Below, in pieces: positions 20,909-30,100 of a stretch of DNA of 64,000 nt. A program made the translations under genes and the position numbers. The notes under the pieces are model-generated. The model was not told where the DNA came from. It ran no database searches and saw nothing but the letters and a program-made list of their open reading frames with translations. The stretch comes from Trueperaceae bacterium (GTDB lineage: Bacteria; Deinococcota; Deinococci; Deinococcales; Trueperaceae). The stretch is from contig OZ243927.1 in NCBI GenBank assembly GCA_965213925.1, positions 3,936,001-4,000,000 of the forward strand, written 5' to 3'. The first letter of the stretch is position 1. Each line of letters opens with the position of its first letter.

Positions 20909-21184
20909 TTATCCTAAAACCGGGGCGTCTTCTTTGGGGCGTTTGAAGGTTAAGTAATGCTCTGGCATACCCGACGACTGTGAGGTCTGAACGGCGTGCG
21001 TGACGAGTTCCCAGCCATCTTCGCCTGCGAGCGTGAGAAGCTCGGGGAGCGTCGCGGCGTCGTACCCGCGCGCGCTCGTCCAGGTGTCGCCCAGACGCTC
21101 CCCGTTGTGGTCGAGCGAACTCAGCTCCTGGGTGACGCCAAGCCCCTTGAAGCCGAAGCGGATAGCTAGATAGTCCCACTTCAT
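20909..21184 (-). CDS. Small conserved protein (DUF4177-like)
   Basis: MKWDY..., GEDGWELV and FKRP motifs. Confidence 0.65.
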   Translation of the reverse strand: MKWDYLAIRFGFKGLGVTQELSSLDHNGERLGDTWTSARGYDAATLPELLTLAGEDGWELVTHAVQTSQSSGMPEHYLTFKRPKEDAPVLG

Positions 21185-21185
21185 A

Positions 21186-22208
21186 TTAGCCTACCGGACC
21201 TAGCTCGAGTACGGCGTAATTCTCGGGTAGGGCTGCCGCCTGAGAGAGCAAACTCGGACCTGGGCGCTCCGCCACCGCGCAGAGTACATCGGCGAGCACG
21301 GCGCTCGCGGTGGGCTTCGCCCCTGCGCCTGCGCCTGTAATAAGCACTTCGCCGATGGCGTCGCCTTTGAAAAGCAGCCCGTTGCGGTTGCTCGCCGAGC
21401 CTGCTAAGGGATGCGACGCCGCGAGGTACGCCGGGCGCACCTCCACGCGCCACGCGCCCTCTTTCGGGTAGACGCTGCCGACTAAACGCACGCGCCCGCC
21501 GTCCTCCATCGCCTCGGTGATGTGCGTATCGGTAAGGTGCGAGATGCCTATCGTGCGCGCCTTGACCTCGTCCCAAGTGAGGTCAGGCAGAACGGTGAGC
21601 CGCGCCAAAAGGGTGAGCTTGTGCGCGGCGTCGAAACCTTCAATATCTAGGGTGGGATCAGCTTCGGCGTAACCGAGCCGCTGCGCTTCGGCTAGGGCAG
21701 TCTGGAAATCCTTGCCCACTTCCATCTCGCTCAAAATATAGTTGCAAGTTCCGTTCAAGAGGGCGTGCATCTCCAAGGGTTTGGAGCCGCGCAGGGCGTT
21801 CGTCAGCGGACCGATGATGGGTGTGCCTGCCATGACCGCCGCCTCGAAATAGAGCATTCCGGCTTCCAAATAGGGCTTGAACTCATCCCACCTCTCGGCG
21901 AGGACCGCTTTGTTCGCGGTGACCACGCGCTTGCCCTCTTTTAGCGCTTGCAGCGTCCAGTCACCCGCGAGGTCCGTGCCGCCGACGAGTTCAACGACGA
22001 TGTCGGCGTCCTGAAGTACCTCTTGCGCGTCGGGGGTGAGTTTGTCAGTGGGGATTGCGCCTCGAGCCCTACTCGTGTCCCTCACAAGCACGTTACCCAA
22101 CTCCGCCTCAACTTCACACGCACGGATGCGCCTTTGCAAAAGTTCCGCCAACGCCGTTCCTACCGTGCCCGCCCCGAGTAGCCCGATACGCTTTACGCCT
22201 CGTGTCAT
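21186..22208 (-). CDS. hom: Homoserine dehydrogenase (no ACT domain)
   Basis: GAGTVG, VVTANK, FEAAV, NGTCNYIL, GYAEADP and GAGAG..TASAV motifs. Confidence 0.93.
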   Translation of the reverse strand: MTRGVKRIGLLGAGTVGTALAELLQRRIRACEVEAELGNVLVRDTSRARGAIPTDKLTPDAQEVLQDADIVVELVGGTDLAGDWTLQALKEGKRVVTANKAVLAERWDEFKPYLEAGMLYFEAAVMAGTPIIGPLTNALRGSKPLEMHALLNGTCNYILSEMEVGKDFQTALAEAQRLGYAEADPTLDIEGFDAAHKLTLLARLTVLPDLTWDEVKARTIGISHLTDTHITEAMEDGGRVRLVGSVYPKEGAWRVEVRPAYLAASHPLAGSASNRNGLLFKGDAIGEVLITGAGAGAKPTASAVLADVLCAVAERPGPSLLSQAAALPENYAVLELGPVG

Positions 22209-22432
22209 GAGGGTGAGGATAACATGGGAGCGCCTTGCAGGTACTATCTGGTTACAAACGCTCTCACTTGAAAAAAGCCTCTCAGCACGCACACTCAGGG
22301 ATGATATCTGCGCTATTCCAATTCGGTACCCCTACGAATTGCTATACTGCTCCTTTGGATAGGACGTACGCTTCCTCTTAATGTTTATATGGGTAGGCCA
22401 CGCTGGAAACGTCACAGAAAGAGGCAAATGTA

Positions 22433-22460
22433 GTAGGGGTGATTCATGAATCACCCCTAC
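22433..22460. repeat. GTAG-type REP palindrome
   Basis: Perfect 28-bp palindrome GTAGGGGTGATTCATGAATCACCCCTAC. Confidence 0.8.
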
Positions 22461-22583
22461 GCTCCGCACTCCCTCGCCGAGAAAGATGATTGTACGAAAT
22501 TCAAAGAGATTCTAAGCAGTATCTATGCGAAGGTAGCGGCGCGCAGGAAGAATCAAGGATTTTCGAGTTAGGTTAGGAATCAG

Positions 22584-23670
22584 ATGCTAGGAATAGGAAT
22601 TGTAGGACTGCCGAACGTCGGCAAGAGCACCCTTTTTAACGCCATCACCAAAGCGGGCGTCGAGGCGGCGAATTACCCCTTCGCCACCATCGATAAAAAC
22701 GTCGGCGTCGTTCCCGTGCCCGATGAGCGCTTGGAGGCGCTTAAACAAGTCTACGTCAAGGGTGAGCGCGTGCCGCCCGTCGTGCCGACGACGGTTGAAT
22801 TCGTAGACATCGCGGGTTTAGTCAAGGGCGCGAGCCAAGGCGAAGGTTTAGGCAACCAGTTTTTAGCGAACATCCGCGAGGTCTCCGCCATCGCCCACGT
22901 GGTGCGCTGCTTCGAAGACCCAAACGTGGTGCACGTGGCTGGGAAAGTCGACCCGCTTGGCGACATCGAAATCATCAACACGGAGCTTGCGTTAGCGGAT
23001 ATCACGAGTTTGGAGAAACGACTGGAGAAACTCCGCCGCAGCGCTCGTTCCAATAAAGAGGACGCGCTGATTGTCGAGGCAACTGAGAAGATGATCAGTA
23101 AACTCTCCGAAGGGATTCCGGCGCGGCAAACCGACATCGAACTCCCCAGAGACTTCAACCTCTTGACCGCGAAGCCTGTCATCTACGTCTGCAACGTCTC
23201 CGAAGAGGACGCGGCGATGGGCAACGCCCTAGTCGAAGAGGTGCGCGAGTACGCGGGACAAAGAGGGTGCTGAAGTCGTGGTTATCTCCGCAAAGATCGA
23301 AGGGGAACTCGCCGAGTTGGACGAAGAGGAGGCGATGGAGTTCTTGCGGGACTACGGTTTGGAGGAACCAGGGCTCAACCGCCTCATCCGCAAAGGCTAT
23401 AAGGCTTTAGGGCTCATCACCTTTTTGACGGCAGGCGAGAAAGAGGTCCGCGCTTGGACGGTGCGTGAGGGCAACCGGGCTCCGCAGGCGGCGGGCGAAA
23501 TCCACACGGACTTCGAGCGGGGCTTTATCCGCGCGGAGGTCATCGACTGGGACAAGCTCGTGGAGGCAGGCGGCAACGTCGCCGCGCGCTCTAAAGGCTG
23601 GCTGCGCACGGAGGGGAAAGACTACGTCGTGAAAGACGGCGACGTGATGAACTTTTTGTTTAACGTTTAG
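22584..23670 (+). pseudogene. ychF: Redox-regulated ATPase YchF with a 1-nt frameshift near 23255-23257 (real or a sequencing error)
   Basis: GLPNVGKST and DIAGLV in the first ORF; TGS-domain [12 protein letters not shown] in the second; removing one G restores [15 protein letters not shown]. Confidence 0.9.
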
Positions 23671-23857
23671 TACGCCGTAAATTAAGTATTGCTACTTATT
23701 GGCATGTCACCCTGAGCCGAAGGCGTGAGGGTCTCGTCTCGCAACCTAAGTCAGAAGAGTCAGCAAGGTCAGAGATTCTTACGCTCCACGGAGCCTGCCC
23801 TGGTGAGGGTTCCGCTCAGAATGACAAGTTTCATTTCTTGGCTAACAGTGTATTTAG
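23667..23857. repeat. MITE/REP-like dispersed element, copy 2
   Basis: Core 23705-23826 closely similar to 1379-1484; the left end overlaps the ychF TAG. Confidence 0.8.
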
Positions 23858-23899
23858 TTTTTACAGCGCGTCACCGTGTACAGCCGAATGCAACGCTTC

Positions 23900-23983
23900 G
23901 TAGGGGCGGGTTTGAAACCCACCCCTACCACGTTGATGCGTTCTCTGTAATGAAAAGTAGGGAGATTCATGAATCCCCCCTAC
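23900..23983. repeat. Two GTAG-type REP palindromes
   Basis: GTAGGGGCGGGTTTGAAACCCACCCCTAC (23900-23928) and GTAGGGAGATTCATGAATCCCCCCTAC (23957-23983). Confidence 0.75.
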
Positions 23984-24003
23984 GCCGCGCATAGGCAGCA
24001 GTA

Positions 24004-25281
24004 TTATTCCAGCGTCGCCTTGCCAAAATATGCCTGAATAGGCTCTGGCAAGCGCACCGTGCCGTCCTCGCTCTGAAAGTTCTCGAGGATCGCCGCGACC
24101 GTGCGCGGAAAGGCTAAGGCGCTGCCGTTAAGGGTGTGCACTAGCTCGGGTTTGCCCTTGCCCTGCGCGCCGCCCGCGCGAAAGCGGGTCAACATGCGCC
24201 GCGCCTGAAAGTCGGTGAGGTTGCTGATCGAGGAGACCTCCAGCCAGCGCTCTTGCCCCGCGCTCCACACCTCCAAGTCGTACTTTTTCGCCTGCGTGAA
24301 GCCCATGTCACCCGTGCACATCGAGAGTCTACGGTAGGACAAGCCTAACGCCTCCAAAATCCCCTCCGAGATTTCGGTCATCTCCTCCAACACGTTGTAG
24401 CTTGTCTCTGGCTCGACAAACTGCACCATCTCGACCTTGTCGAACTGGTGCACGCGGTTCACGCCGCGCACCTCTTTGCCGTACGAGCCCGCCTCGCGCC
24501 GGAAGTTGGGGGTGTAAGCGCTCAGCTTAATAGGTAAGTCCGCCTCGTCTAAGATTTCGCCCCGAAAGAGGTTGGTTACGGGCACCTCCGAAGTCGGGAT
24601 GAGGTAGAAGCCGTCCGTGACTTCGTACATCTGCCCCTCTTTGTCGGGCAGTTGCCCTGTAGCGGTCGCGGACTCCGCGTTGACCATGACGGGCGGCGCG
24701 ACTTCCGTGTAGCCCTTTTCGGTAAGCGTGTCTAAGAAGTAATTTTTAAGGGCTCTCACGAGCCGTGCCCCGTTTCCTCTAAAAATTGGGAAGCCTGCAC
24801 CCGTCGTTTTGACGCCCGCTTCGAAATCGATCCAGCCTCTCGCCGTCGCGAGGTCCCAGTGAGGTTTGGGCGCGAAGTCAAACGTGGGTTTCTCACCGCG
24901 CTCGTGCACTACGACGTTGTCGTGCTCGCTCTCGCCGTAAGGCACGCTCTCGTGGGGAACGTTAGGAACCTCCAACATCAACCCCTCTAACTGATGCTGC
25001 AAGCTCCGCTCTTTCTCCTCTAAGCTCTTGACTTCGCCTGACAGCTCGCCCATCTCGCGGATGAGGTCCTCGGCGCTCTCGCCGCGCCGTTTCAGCTCGC
25101 CGATTTTCTTGCTGCTGGCGTTGCGCTCAGCTTGCTTTTCTTCTAGGTCGCTGCGCAAGAGGCGGTACTCTTCGTCGATGAGGAGGAGTTGCTCCAACTT
25201 AGGCAGCGTGTGGAGCTGCTTGTCGCGAATCGCTTTGCGGACGGTCTCGGGGTTTTCACGGATGAATTTAAGGTCCAGCAT
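24004..25281 (-). CDS. serS: Serine--tRNA ligase
   Basis: MLDLKFIR, coiled-coil arm, LIPTSEV, FRREAG and HTLNGS motifs. Confidence 0.97.
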   Translation of the reverse strand: MLDLKFIRENPETVRKAIRDKQLHTLPKLEQLLLIDEEYRLLRSDLEEKQAERNASSKKIGELKRRGESAEDLIREMGELSGEVKSLEEKERSLQHQLEGLMLEVPNVPHESVPYGESEHDNVVVHERGEKPTFDFAPKPHWDLATARGWIDFEAGVKTTGAGFPIFRGNGARLVRALKNYFLDTLTEKGYTEVAPPVMVNAESATATGQLPDKEGQMYEVTDGFYLIPTSEVPVTNLFRGEILDEADLPIKLSAYTPNFRREAGSYGKEVRGVNRVHQFDKVEMVQFVEPETSYNVLEEMTEISEGILEALGLSYRRLSMCTGDMGFTQAKKYDLEVWSAGQERWLEVSSISNLTDFQARRMLTRFRAGGAQGKGKPELVHTLNGSALAFPRTVAAILENFQSEDGTVRLPEPIQAYFGKATLE

Positions 25282-25285
25282 GGAA

Positions 25286-27103
25286 CTAGCCTACCTGAAA
25301 AGGGGCGAGGGAAGTATGCGCCTGGGTTTTAGCTCTGCGCGTCTCTTCACGTCGGAGGTCGCGGAGTTTGGCCCTGAGATGCGTCACCAAAGCCCCCAAC
25401 GCCGCCCTTTCCACCTCACCCGTGCGCCGCACGTTGACCTCCGCTATCCCGTCCGCCAAGCCTCTGCGTCCTAGCGTCACCCTGAGGGGAAGCCCGAGCA
25501 GGTCCGCGTCGCCGAACTTGACGCCCGCGCTCTCGTCACGGTCATCGAAAAGGGGCTCTAAACCCGCCGCCGCAAGGTCAGCGTAGAGCTGCTCTGCCAC
25601 CTCCGCCACGTCGGGAAAGCGCGTCCCGCCGAGCGAGACGAGCGCCACTCGGTAGGGCGCGACGCTCACAGGCCAGCAGAGCCCCGCGTCGTCGTAGTAC
25701 AACTGCGCGATGCAAGCAAGCGTGCGCTCGACGCCGATGCCGTAACTTCCCATTAGAATAAGCCGGGACGCGCCGCCACTGTCCAGATACGTCGCCCCTA
25801 GCGCCTCGCTGTACTTGGTTCCTAACTTGAAGATATTGCCCACTTCGACGCCGCGCCGCGTCGCCATCTGTGCGCCGCATAGGGGGCAAGCGTCACCTTC
25901 GGACGCGGCAGCGATGTCTGCGACGAGGTTCGCGCTGTAGTCTCGCCCGTAGTTCGTGTTCATGAGGTGATACCCTGCGCGGTTCGCCCCGGCGACGAGG
26001 TTGGGAGAGGTCGTTACAATGTCGTCCACGACGAGCATAACCTCTTCCGCAACACCGATAGGTGAAGCGTAACCGGGCTCCGCCCCGACGCGGCGAATCT
26101 CCGCTTCGGTCGCGGGGCGCAAGCTATGCGCGCCGATAAGCGTATTGAGCCCGGCACTCAGCTTCGTCTCGCTGAGCGCCATATCGCCGCGCAGCAGGGC
26201 GAAGACGAAGCGTTGTGTCTCTCGAGACTTCAACGCCGCGACGAAAAAGACCGCTTTCGCTGTGCGGGATGGTGGAATCTTCAAGAGGTCAGCGAGCGCG
26301 TCTATCGTTTTGGTGTCGGGCGTCTCCACAAGTGCTATTTCTTTCAGCGCTTCTGCTGGTGCGCTCGCCTTTCGAAACCGCGCCACTTGGCGGTTCGCCT
26401 TGTAGTCACACTGGGTGCAGAGCAGGAGCGTATCCTCGCCGATAGGCGTGAGCACCATGAACTCGTGCGCGCCGCTAGTCCCCTCAGCCGAACCACCCAT
26501 CATGCCCATGTCGCTCTCCACCGCGACGACGGGCAAGCCGAGGCGGGCGAAGATGCGTTCGTACGCGGCGTACATCTGCCGGTACGTCGCCTCCAAACTC
26601 TGCGCGTCCGCGTGAAACGAGTAGGCGTCGTTCATGGTGAATTCCCTCGTGCGGATGAGCCCGCCCCTGGCGCGCGCCTCGTCGCGAAATTTAGGTCCGA
26701 TCTGGTAGAGCGTCACGGGAAGCTGCCGGTAGCTGCGCACCGTGTGACGCGCTATATCAGCCGCCGCCTCTTCGTGCGTCATGCCGAGGCAAAGCGCACG
26801 CCCCGCCCGGTCTCTAAAGCGCACCATCTCACCGCCGACGCTGTGCCAGCGTCCGCTGCGCCGCCACAGGTCGGCAGGCTGGACGAGCGGAAAGCTCACC
26901 TCTTGCGCGCCCAAGGCGTCCAGTTCCTCGCGCAAAACAGCTTCGATCTTCCGCTTTACCCGGAGTCCGAGCGGAGAGAGGTCGAACAGCCCTGCGCCTA
27001 CTTGCTGAATGAATCCGCCACGTAGTAGCAGGCGGTAGTTGGCGGTATCTGCCTCGGCGGGCGCGTCGCGCAGCGTTCGGAAGAAAAGCCGGCTCATTCT
27101 CAT
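25286..27103 (-). CDS. proS: Proline--tRNA ligase, bacterial type with insertion editing domain
   Basis: MRMSRLF, THEE, KFRDEARAR, EVGNIFKLGTKYS and MGSYGIG motifs; AAGGAGG RBS before 27103. Confidence 0.95.
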   Translation of the reverse strand: MRMSRLFFRTLRDAPAEADTANYRLLLRGGFIQQVGAGLFDLSPLGLRVKRKIEAVLREELDALGAQEVSFPLVQPADLWRRSGRWHSVGGEMVRFRDRAGRALCLGMTHEEAAADIARHTVRSYRQLPVTLYQIGPKFRDEARARGGLIRTREFTMNDAYSFHADAQSLEATYRQMYAAYERIFARLGLPVVAVESDMGMMGGSAEGTSGAHEFMVLTPIGEDTLLLCTQCDYKANRQVARFRKASAPAEALKEIALVETPDTKTIDALADLLKIPPSRTAKAVFFVAALKSRETQRFVFALLRGDMALSETKLSAGLNTLIGAHSLRPATEAEIRRVGAEPGYASPIGVAEEVMLVVDDIVTTSPNLVAGANRAGYHLMNTNYGRDYSANLVADIAAASEGDACPLCGAQMATRRGVEVGNIFKLGTKYSEALGATYLDSGGASRLILMGSYGIGVERTLACIAQLYYDDAGLCWPVSVAPYRVALVSLGGTRFPDVAEVAEQLYADLAAAGLEPLFDDRDESAGVKFGDADLLGLPLRVTLGRRGLADGIAEVNVRRTGEVERAALGALVTHLRAKLRDLRREETRRAKTQAHTSLAPFQVG

Positions 27104-27149
27104 GATTTGCCTCCTTGTATTTGACCAGGCTGTCGTTTCCGCCACGCCC

Positions 27150-27186
27150 AAAAGAAAAACCCCGCCAACCGTAAGAGGTGGCGGGG
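27150..27186 (-). terminator. Attenuator terminator in the proS leader
   Basis: Minus strand CCCCGCCA...TGGCGGGG followed by TTTTTCTTTT. Confidence 0.8.
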
Positions 27187-27209
27187 CACAAAAGCGTAGA
27201 AGCGTCAGC

Positions 27210-27278
27210 CTAGCTGAGCGCACCCCTACAGATAGACGGGACCTGCTTGACGTTCGTCAGGTGAGGGATGCGGTTCAT
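27210..27278 (-). CDS. Putative proS leader peptide MNRIPHLTNVKQVPSICRGALS
   Basis: Leaderless uORF 7 nt after TATACT, ending 24 nt before the terminator. Confidence 0.55.
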   Translation of the reverse strand: MNRIPHLTNVKQVPSICRGALS

Positions 27279-27285
27279 GCAGTGA

Positions 27286-27315
27286 AGTATACGAAGGGGT
27301 GGGTCGGGGCGTCAA
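27286..27315 (-). promoter_or_regulatory. Sigma70-type promoter of the proS leader
   Basis: TTGACG-N18-TATACT on the minus strand. Confidence 0.65.
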
Positions 27316-27430
27316 GTGGGGCTGGGTCAGCTACCCCGAACCTCATCCGAAAAGGTCGTGCGCGGTCGCACATCTGCCCCCCTCGCAGTCACCTCGATTC
27401 AGTCAGTAAAAATGCGTCATAATACGCTCT

Positions 27431-28402
27431 ATGACGACAGAACGAGGCGCGATCACTAAGGCGAGGCGGCTCTCAGCGTTACCTGAACTCCTCAAGCGCA
27501 AGCCGCGCACAACCGCCGAACTCGCCGAGCACTTCGCTGTCCCTCGGCGCACGATTCAGCGCGACCTAGAGACTTTGCGCGAGGAAGGCTACGGCGTCGA
27601 AAGCCCTGAGCGGGGTCTCTACCTCATTCCCTCTAGCCCCCCCAACCTCAACGCGGTCGAAGCGCTCGCCGTCCACGCCGCCACCAGGCTCCTCTACCAC
27701 CACGCCCCAGCACGCAACCCGCACTACCGCTCCGCTTTAGAAAAGCTTGCCTCTTTACTGCCAGAACCAGCACGGGGCGTCGCACTGAGCAGCGTAGAGG
27801 CGCTGGATGAGCGTCCTCCTGACGACAGGGCGCTCGAGCTTGCCGCCCAAGCGTGGTTCGAAGAGCGCGTGCTCGCGTTCGAGTACCTCTCGCCGAACGG
27901 CTCGGGCAAGTGGCGACCCAAAGAGCTAGAGATTTACGTAATCGAGATTAGCCGAGCCAACCTCGCTCCCTACGCCATCGGCTTCGAGCGCCGCTTTCAC
28001 AACAGAGTTCAAACCTGGAAACTCTCGCGGATGCGCCAAACGCGCTTACTGGGAGACACCTACACCATCCCCCAGGGCTTCGACCCAAGGGATTACTTAG
28101 AGACCGCTTGGGGTGTCATCGGCACCAGTGGCGGGGAGACCGTAACCGTAAAGTTGCGCTTCGCACCCGAAGCCGCTCACCGCCTCCGCGAAGGCGGCTA
28201 CCCGAACATGAAAATCGAGCGAGAGCTACCCGACGACGCTTTAGAGGTCTCTATTCAGGCTGGCACGGATGACGAAGGGTTCCCCTTAGAACTTCTCTCC
28301 TGGGTGCAGAGCTGGGGGCCGCGCGTCGAGGTGCTAGAACCCCTTAACTTGCGCGAACGCTGGTTAGAGGAAGCTCGGCGCGTCGCAGGGTATACTAAGT
28401 AG
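27431..28402 (+). CDS. HTH-WYL-WCX transcriptional regulator, CRISPR-adjacent
   Basis: N-terminal HTH (ELAEHFAVPRRTIQRDL), WYL-like core (WKLSRM), C-terminal SWGPRVEVLEP. Confidence 0.9.
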   Translation: MTTERGAITKARRLSALPELLKRKPRTTAELAEHFAVPRRTIQRDLETLREEGYGVESPERGLYLIPSSPPNLNAVEALAVHAATRLLYHHAPARNPHYRSALEKLASLLPEPARGVALSSVEALDERPPDDRALELAAQAWFEERVLAFEYLSPNGSGKWRPKELEIYVIEISRANLAPYAIGFERRFHNRVQTWKLSRMRQTRLLGDTYTIPQGFDPRDYLETAWGVIGTSGGETVTVKLRFAPEAAHRLREGGYPNMKIERELPDDALEVSIQAGTDDEGFPLELLSWVQSWGPRVEVLEPLNLRERWLEEARRVAGYTK

Positions 28403-28482
28403 CGCATGTTTGTGAGGACGTTGACAACCTATGCTCGAGACTTAGAAGGGGTAAAACGCTAGTTTTGCCGTCTGGGTCAAGT
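28403..28482 (+). promoter_or_regulatory. CRISPR leader of array 1
   Basis: Last 30 nt AAAACGCTAGTTTTGCCGTCTGGGTCAAGT are identical to the leader of array 2. Confidence 0.85.
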
Positions 28483-29245
28483 GTATTCCCCACGCATGTG
28501 GGGATGAACCGCGCCGCGGCCGAGCGTGACCAGGGGCGTATTCCCCACGCATGTGGGGATGAACCGGCCTCGGCGAGCGGCGTTTCCCCACGGCAAGCAA
28601 TAGCGAAGTATTCCCCACGCATGTGGGGATGAACCGTTGTCCTCCGAGAGGTTCCCAGCCAGCTCAGGGTATTCCCCACGCATGTGGGGATGAACCGTTG
28701 AACGCCTCAGCGATGACGAAGTTGACCTCGTATTCCCCACGCATGTGGGGATGAACCGTTGACGCGCGGTGAGGTGACGGTGATGGGGATGTATTCCCCA
28801 CGCATGTGGGGATGAACCGGACCGTATGACGCAGCCAGCGCGACGCTCATTGTATTCCCCACGCATGTGGGGATGAACCGGGTACATTGTAGCTTTTCAT
28901 AAGCGCGGTGTAGTATTCCCCACGCATGTGGGGATGAACCGGTCTACAGCGGTCACGAGTACGTGACCGTGACGTATTCCCCACGCATGTGGGGATGAAC
29001 CGTGCCGCTCGCAAAGGTCTTCAAACTCGCGCTTGTATTCCCCACGCATGTGGGGATGAACCGGGATACGTGAAGATGTGGTACCAGGCGTGGCAGTATT
29101 CCCCACGCATGTGGGGATGAACCGGCCAAAGATCAAATTCAAGCGCGTATTAACCGTATTCCCCACGCATGTGGGGATGAACCGACCTCGCGCCGGTACT
29201 CGCCCCAGCGGATGAACTATTCCCCACGTGTGTGGGGATGAACCA
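28483..29245 (+). CRISPR. Type I-E CRISPR array 1: 13 repeats, 12 spacers
   Basis: 29-bp repeat GTATTCCCCACGCATGTGGGGATGAACCG; spacers 26 and 41 nt, then 31-32 nt; last repeat degenerate. Confidence 0.98.
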
Positions 29246-29473
29246 GGGGGCTGTACGCATCTCAGGTGGGCAACGAGCAGAGATAACAGGGTTCGCGGTG
29301 GTCGGGGTTCACTTGCGAATCATAAGCGCATGGAGGGCGTCACTGTGCCCATCGGTGAGCCCTTCGTGACGCCTTTGGGGGCGCGGCTGATGTATCTGAG
29401 AGACCATAGCCTTTCCGCACTAAGTTTTGAAATCTACAACTGCAGGTGCACAATAGTCGGAGTGAACCGCTAA
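29246..29473 (+). pseudogene. C-terminal fragment of a phage MuF/SPP1 gp7-like head morphogenesis protein
   Basis: RWATSRDNRVR...H..MEGVTVPIGEPF...LMY....EIYNCRCT matches the family's W.T..D.RVR..H...NCRC pattern (recognised by eye). Confidence 0.7.
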
Positions 29474-29772
29474 AGACCTAAACGCTTCTCCTCCTCGTAG
29501 AGCCTTTCAATCACAAACTCTTTCATCAGCGTTTGGTAGCCCTTACCCTTTTTTCGGGCGAGGGTCTTGAGCCGTTTGGTAAGGTCGTCGTCAAGTCGGA
29601 TAGAGGTGTTACGTGACGCACGACGCGGTCTAGCCGGTGGCAAATCGTCCTCGTCCACCTCGATCTTAGCGAGATATTCGTCCGTGACAGTATGCTCTTG
29701 CCAGAAGGCCCTAGCCTCTTCCTCGCTCATGTTCTCGGGTACTTGCTTGGGGTCGGTCAGTAGGTCGCTCAT
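29470..29772 (-). CDS. BrnA/CopG-like antitoxin
   Basis: SEEEARAFWQEH and RHH-like SIRL...LARKKGKGYQTLMK. Confidence 0.8.
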   Translation of the reverse strand: MSDLLTDPKQVPENMSEEEARAFWQEHTVTDEYLAKIEVDEDDLPPARPRRASRNTSIRLDDDLTKRLKTLARKKGKGYQTLMKEFVIERLYEEEKRLGL

Positions 29773-30047
29773 TATCGTCCTTTCTTTTTGTTGAGGCGGC
29801 GGTAGGATTTCTTTTCAGGAGGTTTGGCGTCGCGTGCGGTGATGGCTCGCCATAAGCCTTTGCCCTTTCGCTCGAGAATGACCACCAAGAGACGACCCGT
29901 ATCGGTTTTGCCGATGAAGCCGACGTTACCGCTGTGGGCACCGAAAGGGACGCGCTCAGGGTCGGTAACCGCCTCTTCAAACTCGAAATCGTCAACGTCG
30001 TGCCTTGCAATATGGTCAAGGTTGCCGTTGTCCCATTCGAATTCCAT
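29772..30047 (-). CDS. BrnT-like toxin
   Basis: MEFEWD..N..HIARH, GKTDTGRLL and ITARDA; leaderless (TATACT 6 nt upstream); coupled to the antitoxin. Confidence 0.8.
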   Translation of the reverse strand: MEFEWDNGNLDHIARHDVDDFEFEEAVTDPERVPFGAHSGNVGFIGKTDTGRLLVVILERKGKGLWRAITARDAKPPEKKSYRRLNKKKGR

Positions 30048-30100
30048 AGCTATAGTATACGCGATTGTGGGCACATCCATATACGCAACTGTTGCGAGAA

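Noticed and set aside
23250..23280. Programmed frameshift in ychF
   Set aside because: There is no slippery sequence or stimulatory structure; an error or a simple mutation is more likely.
26126..27025. Long antisense or alternate-frame ORFs (also 3082-3828, 3787-4494, 59180-59854)
   Set aside because: They are shadow ORFs of well-supported genes in GC-rich DNA.
27104..27300. T-box riboswitch upstream of proS
   Set aside because: No GGTGGNACC T-box sequence or stem I motifs were seen; the uORF attenuator explains the region better.
28395..29166. Minus-strand ORFs over array 1, and similar ORFs over array 2
   Set aside because: They are translations of CRISPR repeats (recurring RFIPTCVGN / VHPHMRGE).
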